The notes under the pieces: model-generated
Database searches by the model: none
What the model was told of the DNA's origin: nothing
Seen by the model: only the letters and a program-made list of their open reading frames with translations
Position numbers and translations under genes: made by a program
Assembly: GCF_036321535.1 (NCBI RefSeq)
Contig: NC_087461.1
Span: forward strand, 868,001 to 932,000
Length of the DNA: 64,000 bases
Reading direction: 5' to 3'
Origin: Camelus dromedarius
Lineage: Eukaryota
Shown: piece by piece, positions 1 through 13,770 of the stretch
How the letters are laid out: each line of letters opens with the position of its first letter
How positions within the stretch are numbered: the stretch's first letter is position 1

Positions 1-1894
1 GTGAGTGAGGTGACTGAGGGCCCGCAGGGACGAGCCGACAGTGACTGTGGTCTGGGTCGCCGGCTGCTGGTTGGCAGGGCCATGGGCAGCAGGGGGCAGG
101 TCTCAGTAAGGAAACAGGACTCAGGAGAGCTGGGCCGTGTTCCCGCCAGGAAGCTTACATCATGGAGTCCCCAGCAGCTTCCTTAGGAATCAGAGCCTGT
201 GAGAGTTGTGGAGTGTAATCAAGCTGGCATTTGGCAAGACCGGGCTGGCAGTAAGATACAGGATTGCCCCACGTCACAATCGGACAACAGACTCCATCTT
301 GGATGATGGCCCAGGTCAAAAGTCTCAGTCCCCATCTAACCGCCCACATCCTCTCTGGCCCCAGCAAAGATGGCTGGCAGCTCCCTGCCCCCCAACCTGG
401 GATGCTGACCCCTCTCTGTGGTGGCAGCTTCTCCTGCTCTCTCTGCTCATTCTTTTGTGTGGATGCTGGTCTGGACTGGACTTCCAGCGTGACTCTGCAT
501 CTGGCCCTTCAATGTGACCTCCACTTCTGCCCTGTGAACTCTTCTCTGCAATGCAGAGACAGGAGCTGGAGGCCACCAATGCATGGAAGACTGACTACAG
601 TGCAAAACACACTGACTGTCTTTCGTGGTTTTCTGGGGCCACACCCAGGCTCCACAGGGAAGAAAAATAGATGATTTGCTGGGGCCATGGGTAAGGTGGG
701 GCTGGGGTGGCCGTCGTCATCCTGGCTGTCTGTCTTTCCTGTGACCTATTTAAAGTTATCTAGGAAGTAACCAAATGTTCTGAACTTGTGTGACCATTTT
801 CCAACGTCTCCGTTCTCGTTCATCAGAATCCACTGTGCCCGAGCTGCCCGGCCCGCCATCACCCCAGGCTCCGTTCCTTGTCGCCGCACTCACGCTGCCC
901 GGTCTGTGCCGCGGGGCGGGCTCACCGCTTGTCCCGCCCACGGCCCCTCAAGGACTCAGGCTGAGCTTATGCATTTTAATCGCTCGACGCGCACAAGACC
1001 AGGCTGAGGAGCTCCGGATTGAAGTATTGATTTAGAGGCTGCTCTTCCAGTGATTAGAGCCTGGAAGATTGTATCACAGAGCCTGAGGCGCGCAGGCACC
1101 CGGGATCACGAGGCCCTTCACCCCGTCTGGAGGGCAGGGCCGGGCTGCGCGGTCGGGGTCGCCTCCGGTGAAGGACAGAAAGGCCTCCTTGTTCTTTCTC
1201 CTGATTGTCTTTCTGTCATAATTTCTTTTCTATCTCGCCACCGTCTTACATCTGCTGGAGGTTAAAGGGCAGAGCCCAGGGTCTAACACAGCCATCTGAC
1301 TTTGAACTTAGAGCTCAGTCTTTGTACAGACCTCACGATCAAAGTTTAAAAGTATAAAATGATAAGCTTTGAAAATTTTATGGAAAATTTAGCCACACAT
1401 ACAGTACCAAGACTGAGCAGGCTAAGTTCCTGCATTTCTCATGGGATTCGCTTGTCTGTCAGTTGCTGTGAGGCTGAAGACGCGAAGGCGCCGTGAATTC
1501 ACAGAGTGAACCCGGGCTGGGGGCAAGGTCTCCTCGGGGCTCCGCTGCTCTCCTGCTGCCCCGTTCCCTTCCCGGGACCCACCCGCTGTCTAATACACGG
1601 GGCGAAGTAAGACTCCACCTGGAATATAAACTGAGCAATCGATGGTCTCTGAGCACGTTTCTCCTGCACACCGCACAGCACATCACGGGGAACACGTGGG
1701 GACCCGCACTCTGGTCCCGGGGACGTCCCGTTCGCAGGACTCCCTGACGCTGTCTCTTTCTCCACTAGCCCCGTCACCTCTCTCCCTGACCTGTGTCCCC
1801 CCCTGTGTCCCCACCTCTACTGGCCCTCATCACGTTGTGTTTTAATATTATGTTGCATGTTACATATGTACCGTGTTAATATACAATTGTAACA

Positions 1895-2025
1895 TAACTG
1901 TGTCTCCTCTCACTAACTGTGACCACCTGGAAAGCGGGGACCCTCACCAGGATTTCTGTGCTCCCAGCTCCCTCACACTGCTTCCTGCCTGGGCCCCTGC
2001 GTGATGGTGCTTAGTCAGTGCTGGG
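1895..2025 (+). mobile_element. L2 (LINE-2) 3' terminal fragment, highly diverged
   Basis: tgtctcctctcactaactgtgaccacctggaaagcggggacc...ttctgtgctcccagc resembles the L2 3' end (tgtctcccccactagactgtgagctccttgagggcagggacc...tctgtatccccagc). Recognised from memory. Confidence 0.4.
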
Positions 2026-5000
2026 GTTTATCTCCACGAGGAAGAGGCCCAGGTCTGGAACTGACCAGTCTGAACTACATTTAATATGATGCTAATTCAC
2101 TGTCATATTGTTTTTCATAAGTTGACAACAGTCATCCCGTTGAAGGAAAAACCAAGTGAAGGGGGTGGGGCCCCCCATCAGGAGGCACTTCTGTTTCCAA
2201 ATCCTCCCTGGGTACAGGCTGGAACTCTGCTCAGCTGTGTACGGCGAGTCGGCTTTTCTGACGACGCCCTGTGGAGTGGTCAGTGTCCATCCTTCAAGTG
2301 GACGCTGCCCAGGAGCACGGAGCTGGCGGACCAGCCGGGACTCAGCCATAAAAAGGAGCAAATCCCACTGCCTGGTGGCCTCCCCCAGGGCTCCCCCCAC
2401 CAGCTCGGCCAGCAGATGGATGGATGACCTTCCTGAAGCAACAGGGACCCTTGGTCCTGTGGGGCCCGGGCCTGGCGAGGCCAGCGGTCCGTGTGCTGTC
2501 ACACCCGAGGGAAGATCAGAGGCATCGATGACTGTCCGGGACACGGCCGTCCTTGGAGAAGACTGGTGGGCAGGGTGTAAGGGGGTGTGAGTAAACACAT
2601 CAGGAAATCGAGGTCTCAGAGCCTTCCCTCTGCTCGTCTTGATGTGCTCAGGGGGGGAGACGCGCTTCACACATATCGTAAAGGGCCAGCGGGGCCCTGT
2701 CCACGCTTGGTGAGAGCCCAGCGTGGGCCCCGGTGCCGGGCAGCCCCGCGGTGACTGTGCTCCGTTGGCCTCGGTGGTGCTGCTCTCAGAAGCGCGCGTC
2801 CCAGCACTTGCCAGGCTGCTAATTACTGTTGTGTGGCTTGGAGGAATGTTTTCCAAACATTTTAGAATCTTGCTACAGTGACGGCGCAGGGAGGGATCTG
2901 ATAAGCCACTGTTCCACAGGAGAAAGACACACAGATTTTTAAAACATGAAAATATTTAATTGAGGCTGCTTCTTTCCAAGCTACTGCTGACAAAAACACA
3001 CTTCTCACCTCCCACTGCGTGTCAGCAGCGACCCTCACCTTGGGCTCCGGCTTTATTCTGCACACAGTGGGCCGGAACCCTCAGGGCTACGGAAGAGAGT
3101 CAGGCGAGACGGAAGAGACTCGGGTCCTGAGATGCTTCAGCGCAGGTCTTCACGTTCTCGCTCAGACACTCATTTCCAGCCTTCCCTGAGCTGGGTGGGT
3201 GTCAGAAGGGTTACCCGGTGAGTCTACCTCTCTTTGGTAAATAGTGGAGAAATGAAATCACGTCCATGCCCCTTTCCTGAGTCCGTCCCCCCAACACAGG
3301 CGCCTAGGGCTCACGGCGCCGTGCTGGCACTTCAGGAGACGGGCTTTGATTCAAGGTCAGCCCATGCTCCCTTGTCTCCTGCGAGCACCAGGCAACAGCT
3401 GGGCTTCTGTTTTGTTTCACGAGGGTCCTGGAGATTCAGACTTGTACAAAGCACAGGAGAGTAGTGCACGTTGTCCAGTCTTCACGGTGAGCTGTCATCC
3501 TTGACCCAGGGGAGCTCCTGCACGAGGAGACAGAACCAGAACCGGCCCGAGCTCCTCCCAAGTGCTTCCCTGCAAACTTCCCTAAAACGTGAAGGGCTGA
3601 GAGCAATGGCTCCTTTGTCTCAGCTCGTCTAGCTGTCGCTTCTGTTCTCGGCTTCTGTTAGATCTTTGTGGCTCCCTGGCCCACCTCTCACCTTGACTCA
3701 CGCAGGAAGATGGAGCCCTGGAGACCTCAGCTCTGAAGCCGGCAGGGACACTGGGCCGGGATGCACAGCCTCTGGCTCCCACCTTCCAGTTCTTCCCGTG
3801 GTGTTTCGCAATTTTTTAAAAAAGCTCAAACAGCTGTGGGTTTATTCCCTATAGTGCTGTTCCTCTGGAAGAGGCGGGACTCTCCTGGTCATGGTGCTCA
3901 GACAGCCACATTTAGCTGCTCATTTATTTGCTCCAATTTCATTTGCACTGGCATCCGGCCCCACTGCCCCTGCGAGCCGTGGAGACGGCTAGACGTTCCA
4001 GGCCCGTTTCCTCCGGCCGCTCCACGCATTTGTGGACCCCATACGGGGCCGACTCAACCCTGCCTCCTTTGCAAAGCCTCCCCAAGCTCTTCTGTCCCAA
4101 ACTAACGTCCCTGTTTGCTGAAGCCCTCTAGGCCTGTGATCTGAGACACACAGTTGAGGTGAGTTCGGAGGAGGAGAGACGGGAGACACCGCCAGCTGTG
4201 CCCCTCCCGGGAGGGCAGACGGTGGGACGCGCGTGGGCTGGATCCCACGGTCCGCACAGGGCCCTGCTCATGGGCTCAGGGAGCACCTCCCACCAAACAA
4301 ACAAACACCAAAACAAAGTACGAGGTGGGGTGGAAGAGAGACGGAGGTCAGGGAGCCATAACCGCATGCCTGTGCTTCCGAGTGAGCCCCGTCCTGCGCT
4401 GGGGGATCGCCCTTCCTTCCCTCACTGTCTTGACTCCCTCCCTTCTATTCTGCACGCTTACCCAGCACCCGCTGCCCCCAAGCCCCGAGACACAAGCTGG
4501 GGGCCCGCAGGGGGCACTCAAGGGCGTTGCCTCCGAGGCACCCAACACAGGGCTGCTCCTGGAAGTCACAGCCCTAGCGACCAAGCGGCCTCCTTCCAAC
4601 GTCCTGGTTAGAAGGCAGCGGGTCCACTTCACAAAGAACCACAGTGAACAATGGCCCAAAGCTGAGCTGGAAGGGAGGGAGGGAGGGTGGATGGATACAC
4701 AGATGTACAGCTGGATGGATGGACCGATGGAAAGACAAGTAAAGACAGACAGACCTGCTCACTTGATGCCTTGTTAGTGGAGATTCTGAGTAAACTGTAA
4801 CACAGCTGCGACTTGCAACAGCAGGCGCCTTCCATTCTCCTCGCGCTACTCTTAGCTTAGAAAATGTGACTCTACCCACACACCTTTATAGAGAATACTT
4901 AATTTTAAGTGGCAATTTATAAAAGCAATTGTGAGAATTTAATCAGATTATTCCCGTCATTTTGGAAGCATGTTGTGTCACAGAAATTGTAAATAACAAT

Positions 5001-8000
5001 TGTTCTCTTTCTTAAAGTTATCACCTCCTCTTTGGGAACTGCCACCTGGAGATGTCGATGAGCCTGGTCCTCCAGGGACACGCTGACCCTCTGCAGAGAA
5101 AAGTGAGGTGGCCAGGGGAGGGCCGAAAGACCTTTCAGTGAAGAGCTATTGATTTCCAAAGTTATAAATCTTAGAGACGTAATGGATTTTAGCAAACACT
5201 GTCTCCGCTGCTCTTAAGGCCATAAAGGACCCTAACTCGGATGAGAGACTCCTCTTAAATACGATGAAGCACGGCACAGAGACCCAGCCGCAGACACACG
5301 CACAGGTGCACCCGCGCACACACGGGACAGGAGACCGCCCCTCCCCACTCCGCTCCAGCCCCCCAGCCTGGCCAGCCTGCGTCGCAATCAGATTGCAACG
5401 GCCAATGACTCTGAAAGGAAGCGTCCTCAACAGGCTCGTTTAAATTTTAACCCAAATATGACAGGCGTCGACTTCAGCATATTTTGTTTGAAAACCAGGG
5501 GACGGCCCCAGCACCCTGAGACGCCGTCTGGCCAAAGTGGAGCCACGCCGAACCGCCGCAGAGCCGCTCCTCTGGAACTCTGTGTCCCCGGTCAACGCAG
5601 GCGGGCCACACAGTGACCAGACGGCTGGCAGTTCTCAGCCTTGTTCCTTTGGGAAGACGGGCCCACCAGTTACACGCAGACCAGATGGTGCGCGGCCCGA
5701 GCCCAGAGCTCTCCCTCTGGCCGACTCCCTCCGCCCAGGAAGAACTGCCTGCCCAGGTTTGCGGGTTAGAATCACTCCAGCTGCAAAAGGTGAATCTGCC
5801 AAGCCCTGTCGTGGCCTCGGCGACATTTCTGCACTGCTTGTGTTTATGATAGTATTTCAGAGATCACTTTCAAAGCTTTAGAAGCAACACACTATCCACA
5901 CATTTTTTTCCGGTCGATACACTTGAAAGAAGTACATGCATGTGCAATAAAAATACTTTAATTGAACTTGCTTCACTACCAGGATCACCAATACTGGTCA
6001 GCTGAGAGCAATGTGTGCAAGAATTCACTGATAGTCCAGCCTTAACTAGCTCCAGTCAGAGTTTCACAGAAACCCGCAGTTACTCTCCAGAACAAGCACT
6101 TCTGAATTTTTCTGGTCTGTTTTCACTTTGGTGAATTCACTGTCACAGTTGGATGCAGCCAAGCAAACGAAGCTGTCTTTATAGAAGCCAATTTACACCC
6201 TTGAAGGCGGGTATAAACTTAAACATGTCTCCAGGATCCAATATATATTAACTAAAATCAGTGTATTTGTGAAATTGAAAAGATCGTAAGGTACACTGAA
6301 TGAGCTTCTGGCGTTTTTACTGCTTTACATTTATCTTACGTTCACTAACGCTTACATCACCCACGGTTGTTACGGTTAAAAATATGCATAATTTTAATAG
6401 GTTGTCTTGAGAAGGATCATCTCCATTCAGTATTTAAACCACTTCTCGGCTGGAACGTGACTCATTCACAGGGAGATTCTGGAGTTGTCCTCTGTGAGGA
6501 GCTGTGGGGCGGAGTGGCGGCTGGTTGGCCCGGTGCCTGGGGGTGTGACCCACTCGGCGCCCGATCAGTGTGTCACGTGTAACCCCTACGGCGCCTGATG
6601 GACCCTCCCCTACACGGCCGTGTGCCTTCCATCAGGGCGGCTGCAAGTCTTCATGTCAGACTGGCCCCTGGGCAGAACCCAGTCAAGAGGTCCTTGTCAG
6701 ACACGACCTGCCCCATTCGTAAAGACCTCCAAATAAAGACCTCCGCGTGGCGTCTGCTGTGACCCACGCCCCCGGCGTCCCCTCCCCAGGGACATCCTCA
6801 TCATGAGCTCCCAGCCCTCTGCTGTCTGCTGGCCACGTCTCCCCCTCAGAATTCAGGACCACATCAAGTTTCTGTCTCTGCCCCCCGTGCCCGTGGTGAT
6901 CCGGCCCCTTTTACCCGGTTCTCTCTGACCCCTCTGTCCTCACCCTTGGGCCACTCCTGCTGCTGCTGTGACGGTGCCACTCCAGTTCCCCGAGGGGAGG
7001 CCTCTCCCCCGGCGGAAGGGCTACCGCGGACATCGTGTGGAGTCCTGACATCACAAACAGGAATAAACAGCCTACCGGCCCCCGCGTGGGAGCTCACACG
7101 CTGCTCCCGGGGCCCCGAGGCAGGGCTGGAGCTCTGCGGGCCGTTCTTCAGTACGACTTTATTTGGGGAATGGCCTTCCACATAAACTGTGTGGAAAACA
7201 GCTCATCAGAACGTGGGGACAGGGGCCAGCGACAGCAGGGCCGAGGGGGGAACTGAGAAGCAGTTGGCGAAAGAGGACTCAGGGCTTGACAAGCACAAGA
7301 GAAAACGTGGGGTCACGGGCACCAGGGGGTGTCCTCACTCACAGCACAGAGACGCGGCAATCTGCACCACGGTGAACGAGAGGCAAAGGAAACTGTGAAG
7401 ACCATGTTTGAACTCGTTCTATTTGAATATTCAGATACCATATATATGTGATATGAGATTTTGTAAGAACATCCAACCAACAATTTTTGGTCCCTTTTGT
7501 TTAACTTTCGGCACTTAGAGGAACGGGTATTTTTCCCTGAAAAATGTCGTGATGACTTAATACTCTCTCGTTATTGAAAGGCTGTTATTTGAGCTCTCGT
7601 AGGAAGGTGTCCCCAACATGACCGAGCAGAACGGGTCACTGCTGAGTAAGCAGCTTTATTTAAAAATGTTGAGGTTGCTTCAAAACAGCTCCGCTACAGG
7701 TGACATCAGACAGCGCCACTGATGACATAACTCCTGTTTCTACGGACCCCTTGAATTCCGTGTCTGGCCAACTTCAGAGCAGAGCAAACGAGTGGAAGAG
7801 TCACGGGCCCCTCCTCTCGAGCTGCCGTCACAAAGCCTCGTCCCTTCGGGGCGCCCCTCTGCCCCGGTCGGAGCTGGAATCACAGCGCGCCCCACTCTCC
7901 GCTTCCTGCAGAGGAACGCGGGTCCAGGGGAAGCCCGCACACTTGTGAAGAGCACGTGTGCCTTCCTTGAGTCGGCGGGGAAGAGCTTTACTTAAATAAT

Positions 8001-10364
8001 TACACTCGACTTAGGGTTTTCAAGTTTTCGAGCACTTGCGCGTCAACAAGCTCCTTTGTTCCCTGACACTAAAAAGCTGAACAGAATCCGTGGCGGGATG
8101 CAGAGGAAACACCGCGGTGGGGTAACCGCTGTCCTCTGCCTGCGAGCTCGTCTGTTAAGGCCCCCCCGCCCCGACAGGGCTACAGTGTAAATCTGCTGCC
8201 GTTCTGGAGCCACGGGTTCACGTGACGATGCGCTGCAGTCACTCAGGGAGTCGCCTCGGTGCCCAGTGGAGGGGCCGGCAGGGATCCTACAAGCAAAGCT
8301 GGACTCTGTCCGTGTGGACGCTTCCTGCTACATTTTGGCTTTTCTCCAAAGATTTTTTTGTATCGGGGGTGCCAGATGGGAAAACAGAGGTCAAAACGTT
8401 GAATTTACTGGTCTGGCTTTGAAAGAACGCCAGCCAATATTGTTACGGGACAAAGGACAAACGGGGCTCCTCCCATCAGCAGATAAAGCCTCTGGGGTCT
8501 GGGCAGAGAACCGGTACTGTTTTTTATTGCGATGACACTGGGTTAGAACATTATACAAGTTCCACATGTAAATGTATTTCCTCTCCACACGGGAGGCTGT
8601 TTTGCAGCAGTGAGAAGTGTCCTGTCCAGCTCCCACCAGTCCCCGTCGTGCTTCCTGAATTACCTGTCAAGTTCAGTGTGCTACATAAGCGAAGCAGCTT
8701 TTAATCGTTCTGAGGAGAGGCACGTGACAGACGTCGATATTACACTTCGATGTATTGGAAGTAGCCTCAAAATGTCACTAACTTTTGAATTAACAATGAG
8801 CCTTGATTGTTTGAGAAAAGGTGACGTATTTCCCCATTTAGAGTTTGGGACAAGAAGTTAATTTAAATGCCAAAAGTACATATATTTGAGTAGCATGATG
8901 TCAAATAAATCTTTTAGCATTAATATAAAAGTGGCGCTTATAAAAGCCATAATGAATGTAGCCAAAGGCACGTTTTCTTAAACAGTCTTACTTGGTGGAG
9001 ACCCTACAAAGCTTCAGTCTCTTGTTCCCCCTCTCACTAGTATGTTTCGCAGGCCACTTATCGTAAAGGAGACCTATTCCAGGGTAACGTTCTCCGAGCT
9101 CTGACTGCGGGACCGGCCCCGAGTGCACCCGCCAGCTTCTTACCAAACCCCAAGAGGCAGATCTTCTTGTTACCGTCCTTTTCCAGGGGAGGAACTGAGC
9201 CTCCGAACTACGTATTTTTATACCTGGAAGGTGCAGAACCAGGAGCCACGGCCTTCTCTGGACTCAGGGTCCACAGATGAGGCGATCAGACCCACCTGAA
9301 GCCAAGACACGGGAAAAGCCGCCGTCCCCTACACGTCCTGCCCGTCACCGCGGTTGCTGGGCTCGTGTTCCCATGCCTGTTCCCCTGGCAGTGGCCTTGG
9401 GTCTGTGTCCGTGGAGGCAGAGGCAATGCTGCTGCCTGGCCCTTGGCCACAGTGCCAGTTGGGAAGGGACAGTCTCAGTGACCTTCTGTTGTGGAATATC
9501 AGGGCTGTTATCCCCCATTACGGTCAAGGGGACCCTGCCTCTGGGACAGTGTCAGAAAGTTCTAGGACCGTAGGAGGAGCCACGGCCCTACAGACAAGCT
9601 GCCGTCCCTTCCGTCAGCCCGCACGCTGTGGCCCAGGCTGGCGGCTGTGCAGCCGGGTGCAGGGCCTGTGCCACGACACTGCCGGCTGGAGACCGTCCCC
9701 ACCAGCAGCAGCAGGTCTCAGGAAGCGCCATCAGCTTTGGTCCAAGCTACCTTTCACCAGCCTTTCCCCCTCTGCCTCCTGGACCAGCTGAGAGCAGCCT
9801 GACGGGGAAGTGTCTGCTCCACACAGACGGAGGAAGCTCGACCTCCACGCCCGCCTCTGCCCAGCCTCCCAGCCCATCGCGGACACCAGGAGCCCCGGCA
9901 CAGCCGCAAACCCTCAGACTCGCCCTTGGAACAGGGGCCTGTGACTACCTTGCAGAGAAATGGGGACCCCATCAGGCACCAGGGGAACGTTTTAAACCCC
10001 CTGTTCACAAAAGCTCAGATGCTGCTGGCTGAGGGGCACGTTAGCCACGCTCACCTCCAGCGACAGGGAACTCACTACCTCCAAAGTGTGTCTGCAGTTT
10101 CTCCTGAGGAAGTCCATTCCATCTCTCAGTAGTTTGTTAGAGATTTTTTTTTTTTTTGTAGACACTCAGCTTAACCGTCTCCCTAATTTCTGTTTGATAA
10201 TCAGTCTAACTGCTCAGAGTGACGGGGCTGGATGTGAGCTCAGTCCTTGCAAATGCTCGGCGCGTTTCCCCTGCAGTATGGTAATCGCTGGCGATGTGTA
10301 AAAGAAGGTGGGTGAAAAGTGACAAATGAGCAGAAAACTCCACCTTCTAGTAAAGGTTAAAAGC

Positions 10365-10620
10365 ACGCGTCAGACCTCGCAGCCTCTCACAGCGGACGGG
10401 ACTCAGGCGGGCCGTCAGCACTGCGCCTCGAAGGGCGAGGAGAACACAGCCGACAGGAGAGCGGGGAAAAGCGGCGGGGGCGCTGGACTCGACGTGCAAG
10501 GCGAGCCGAGCGCTTCGGATGAAGGGCCGACCTAAAGTGGGTTCTGCTTCTTGCCTGGGAGGCTTACACAGCGTGTGAAAATTCTGCGTACGTGTTTCAT
10601 ATGTGCGCGCGCGCACACAC
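10365..10620. promoter_or_regulatory. Small CpG-dense patch (candidate regulatory element)
   Basis: Many CpGs in about 250 bp, ending in the perfect 16-bp palindrome TGTGCGCGCGCGCACA (10602-10617). Flanked on the right by AT-rich DNA. Confidence 0.3.
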
Positions 10621-13004
10621 GCACACTCACTCAACATACTTACAATAAATACTTTTTTATGGGAGAGCTTCTGACACGCTACTTGACTATAAAAAGTTTT
10701 TTCTGATTTCCTGCCTTGTCTTTGTCAGTTGAAAAATACATTAGTGAGGAAATTACTTTCTAAGAGGAGACTAATGTCAGACGATGAATTTTAGCAACAG
10801 AAAGTAAGGGATAGCGACAGGATATCCAAACGAGACAGCGTGGTAACGGGCTCCCGCTGACGGGGAGGAGCTGCCCCGCGTCCCTGCCTGGCAAAAATAA
10901 CAAGGTCCTCAAAGGTGCTCTCAGCTCCGGCTAACGTGTACCGTGACCCCAGGAAGAGCTGAAGCTTGCTTTTACAGAAAAAAATAATTGTTTCTAATTA
11001 TCTTCATGCTTAGGTACTCTTGTGAAAGATAAGAAATTTCAACAAATCACAAACACAAATGCAAAGGAAAGACATACCTGTTAAGACGGAAGACACACAT
11101 TACCAACGTGAGCACTCATTTTAGATCACCCTGATACAAAATAATTCAATACCATAATCTCAGGGCACTTCAGTCTAAATCAGTGTTGACAAGAAATGAA
11201 GTATCTCCAAAAGGGTTAAAAAGCCAGTAAATTTCACTCAGAGCAGCACCAGGAGGTGGGTTTGTCCACACTGGGACCTTGCGCCTGCTAACCTGGAGTC
11301 ACCGAGTTCAACCATTACCGAAACTTCATGGAAACTTGATGGCACAACCCAGCATCAGTTCTTAAAGCCAGGTGGAGCGTTGTTTGAACCAGTGCATTTT
11401 TAAAGGAAAGAAAAGGTCCACGTTTCTTTGGAGAGCATACGGGCTATCGGACTTCACACTGAAAACGGTCTACATGCGCAGAGCCGCACCAGCGCCCCTC
11501 CGCTGGCTCTTGGGGAGTGCGGATCTCAGAACCCGCGGCTCCCCGACGTCGCCCTCACCCCGCGTGGGAAGCGCTGGTGGGAGAACGCTGCCCGGAACGC
11601 GAACACGTCCGCCAGCAGCAAGGGCCCCGCCACACGCCCTCCCCGTCCGCGGGCTACGGCCACTGCTCTGTACGTGTAACAGAGGACAAATCTGACTCCA
11701 TGTTGGGTCTGTTCCTTTGGCTTTAACCCTGTGCCCTGTTCTCTAGGCTTAGTCTTGCCAGCTCTGCACTCACGTAAGGATAACAAAGTTGCAGAAGAGA
11801 GAATGCCCTTTGTTTAGTTGGAGACTTTGCTGAAGCACCATGAGCCGGCCCAAGTGGACAGCTGGCGGAGCAAAGAATTCCTGCACCACGAAGTCTGCAA
11901 CAACCAACCACACCCCCTCCCCTGGCTTTTTTTGTATAAAAGGAGCCTGTATTCTGACTGGAGCAGGATGGTTCTCCAAGTCATGAGTCTGCCATCCTCT
12001 CGGTCTGCCAGCTTTCCGAATAAAGTCGCTCTTCCTCGCCCCAACACCTCATCTCCCGATTCCCTGGCCTGCCGTGCGGCGAGCAGACCCAGTCTGGACT
12101 CGGCGACGGAAGTGGTGAACAAGCCTGCTCCAGATCACCACACACCGCACCTCCGCGTGGAAAATGGGACACTTATTGTCTGTTTCTGAGTTTTTAGACC
12201 AAAGGGTCTCATTCTACGTATTTGTGTAAGAATGACAACTTTTTTGAATACCTGGCCCGACAGCTCAGAAGTCACAACCGGAACGTGCCTGAGATCACAA
12301 ACGCCCAAAGGGTGTGGGTTCTGCCTGCACTGTCCAAACACACCTGAGCGACACCCGGTGCACGGCCGGTGCTGAGTGACCACTGAGTGAGCAACCAACC
12401 TGCATCTTTTACCTCTGAGTCTCCTTGAAGCCGGGGCCCTGGCCCCCAGGACGGCACGTCAGGCCGTTCAGTTTCCGTGTGGGGTGATTAAATATTAGTG
12501 AAAATGGTCAACGGCTAAGCAACATGCTGATTTTGGCAAGTTTATTATAATTAATGAATAATTTATTCACTATAACTAATGATTATACATACATTATATT
12601 TTACTATAATTAACTTTCCCAGGTCTCTTTCTCAAGTAGTATATCACTGCCGATCAGATTTTTTGATCAGAATAAAAACACCACGCTGACAAAATTCACA
12701 CAAAGTGAATGCAAGAGGAAAAACACCTATCAGCATTGGCCTGCTCCAATAAACACAGTTCACCAGATCCGCCCAACGGCACCTTCCCCAGCACGGCCGA
12801 GACCTGGGGTCCCTCCTGGGGAAACGGGGGGGCGGACGGGCGGCAGCGCCAGCCCCCCAAGCCAGGGAAGTGCCACCCTGCCCGGCCGTCACGTCCGCAG
12901 CCCCCGTCGCCCAGCAGGAAGTGATCACCACGTGTGCGCACCCAGAGCTGACAGGCTCCCACGTGGCACCTCGGTCAGTCCTCGGGGTTGAGGAGGAAGC
13001 AGGA

Positions 13005-13085
13005 AGCCGTCTCCGTTTACAGACGAGGAGACTGAGGTGCCCACGCACCAAGGCCACAGAGCTGGGCTGGGAGCTCAGCTCTGAC
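13005..13085 (-). mobile_element. MIR SINE core fragment
   Basis: ccgtttacagacgaggagactgaggtgccc...ccaaggccacagagct matches the antisense MIR core (ccattttacagatgaggaaactgaggc...cccaaggtcacacagct). Confidence 0.7.
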
Positions 13086-13290
13086 AGATGCTGACATGTG
13101 CTTTATCCACGTGCTGCCTCTTGAGTAAGACCCACTCTAAGAAACAGCAAAAAATAACATAAAACGAAATCCTGCAGGCAGGGCATCAGTGATTTCTGAA
13201 GTGTAGTTACTGAAGTCTCCCTTTTGCAGAGTTTTAATACCCTTGCACCTGTAAACGCAGCCATCTGGAGGTGGAAGGGGAGTGACCGCC

Positions 13291-13296
<6 letters not shown>

Positions 13297-13330
<34 letters not shown>
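13297..13330 (+). repeat. (AC)17 microsatellite
   Basis: Perfect dinucleotide run read directly from the sequence. Confidence 0.98.
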
Positions 13331-13333
<3 letters not shown>

Positions 13334-13696
13334 CTCTGCGTCAACCTCCACAACCCTCTCATGCTCCACACCTCCTCCCCCGCCACCACTGGCCTGACCA
13401 GCCCAGAGACAGGCCGCTGCAGAGGCCAGGAGACGGGGGCGGTCCCTCTGCCAACCCCACCGGCTGAGGACAACAGTCAAGTCCCACAACCACCACAGGA
13501 GCTTGGCGTGAGCTTTAACTGCAGGGGGCACTCCTCCAGGGCCTTGCCAGCCTCTCTGGGGTGCAGCCGCCCAGGCGGCCCTGCCGCTGATTCACTGTGC
13601 ATGGTGGCAGCGCTCCATCCACGTCCCTGAGCTGCCACCGCCGCCGCCGAGCTCTCCCTGCCCCGGGCGGCCTGCTTACTGGGGAGAATTACTCAC

Positions 13697-13770
13697 TTGC
13701 TTGTATGGTACATGCAAAACAAACCGCTCTTCGCTGCCTACATCTATCCCCTCGCCGGCGATCACACTGC
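13697..13770 (-). other. Candidate 74-nt internal exon of a minus-strand transcript
   Basis: The minus strand reads polypyrimidine cctcctcatcctctcccccagctccccAG|G ... CAA|GTGAGT. One frame is open (SVIAGEGIDVGSEERFVLHVPYKQ) but I do not recognise the peptide. Splice-signal evidence only. Confidence 0.2.

Noticed and set aside
5025-5090. Minus-strand exon candidate RVSVSLEDQAHRHLQ(VAVPKEE) after a good acceptor ttttctctgcag
   Set aside because: The donor options (GTGGCA, GTGATA) are weak and the peptide is unrecognised.
6560-6880. Possible LTR remnant with AATAAA and a duplicated taaagacctcc (6720-6730, 6734-6744)
   Set aside because: No terminal TG...CA, TSD or family motif that I could confirm. 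It is probably just a small tandem duplication.
11770-12189. Overlapping ORFs on both strands near 11.8-12.2 kb with a donor-like site at about 11772
   Set aside because: The site reads as a donor on either strand (CAC|GTAAGG versus TAC|GTGAGT), and no frame gives a recognisable peptide.
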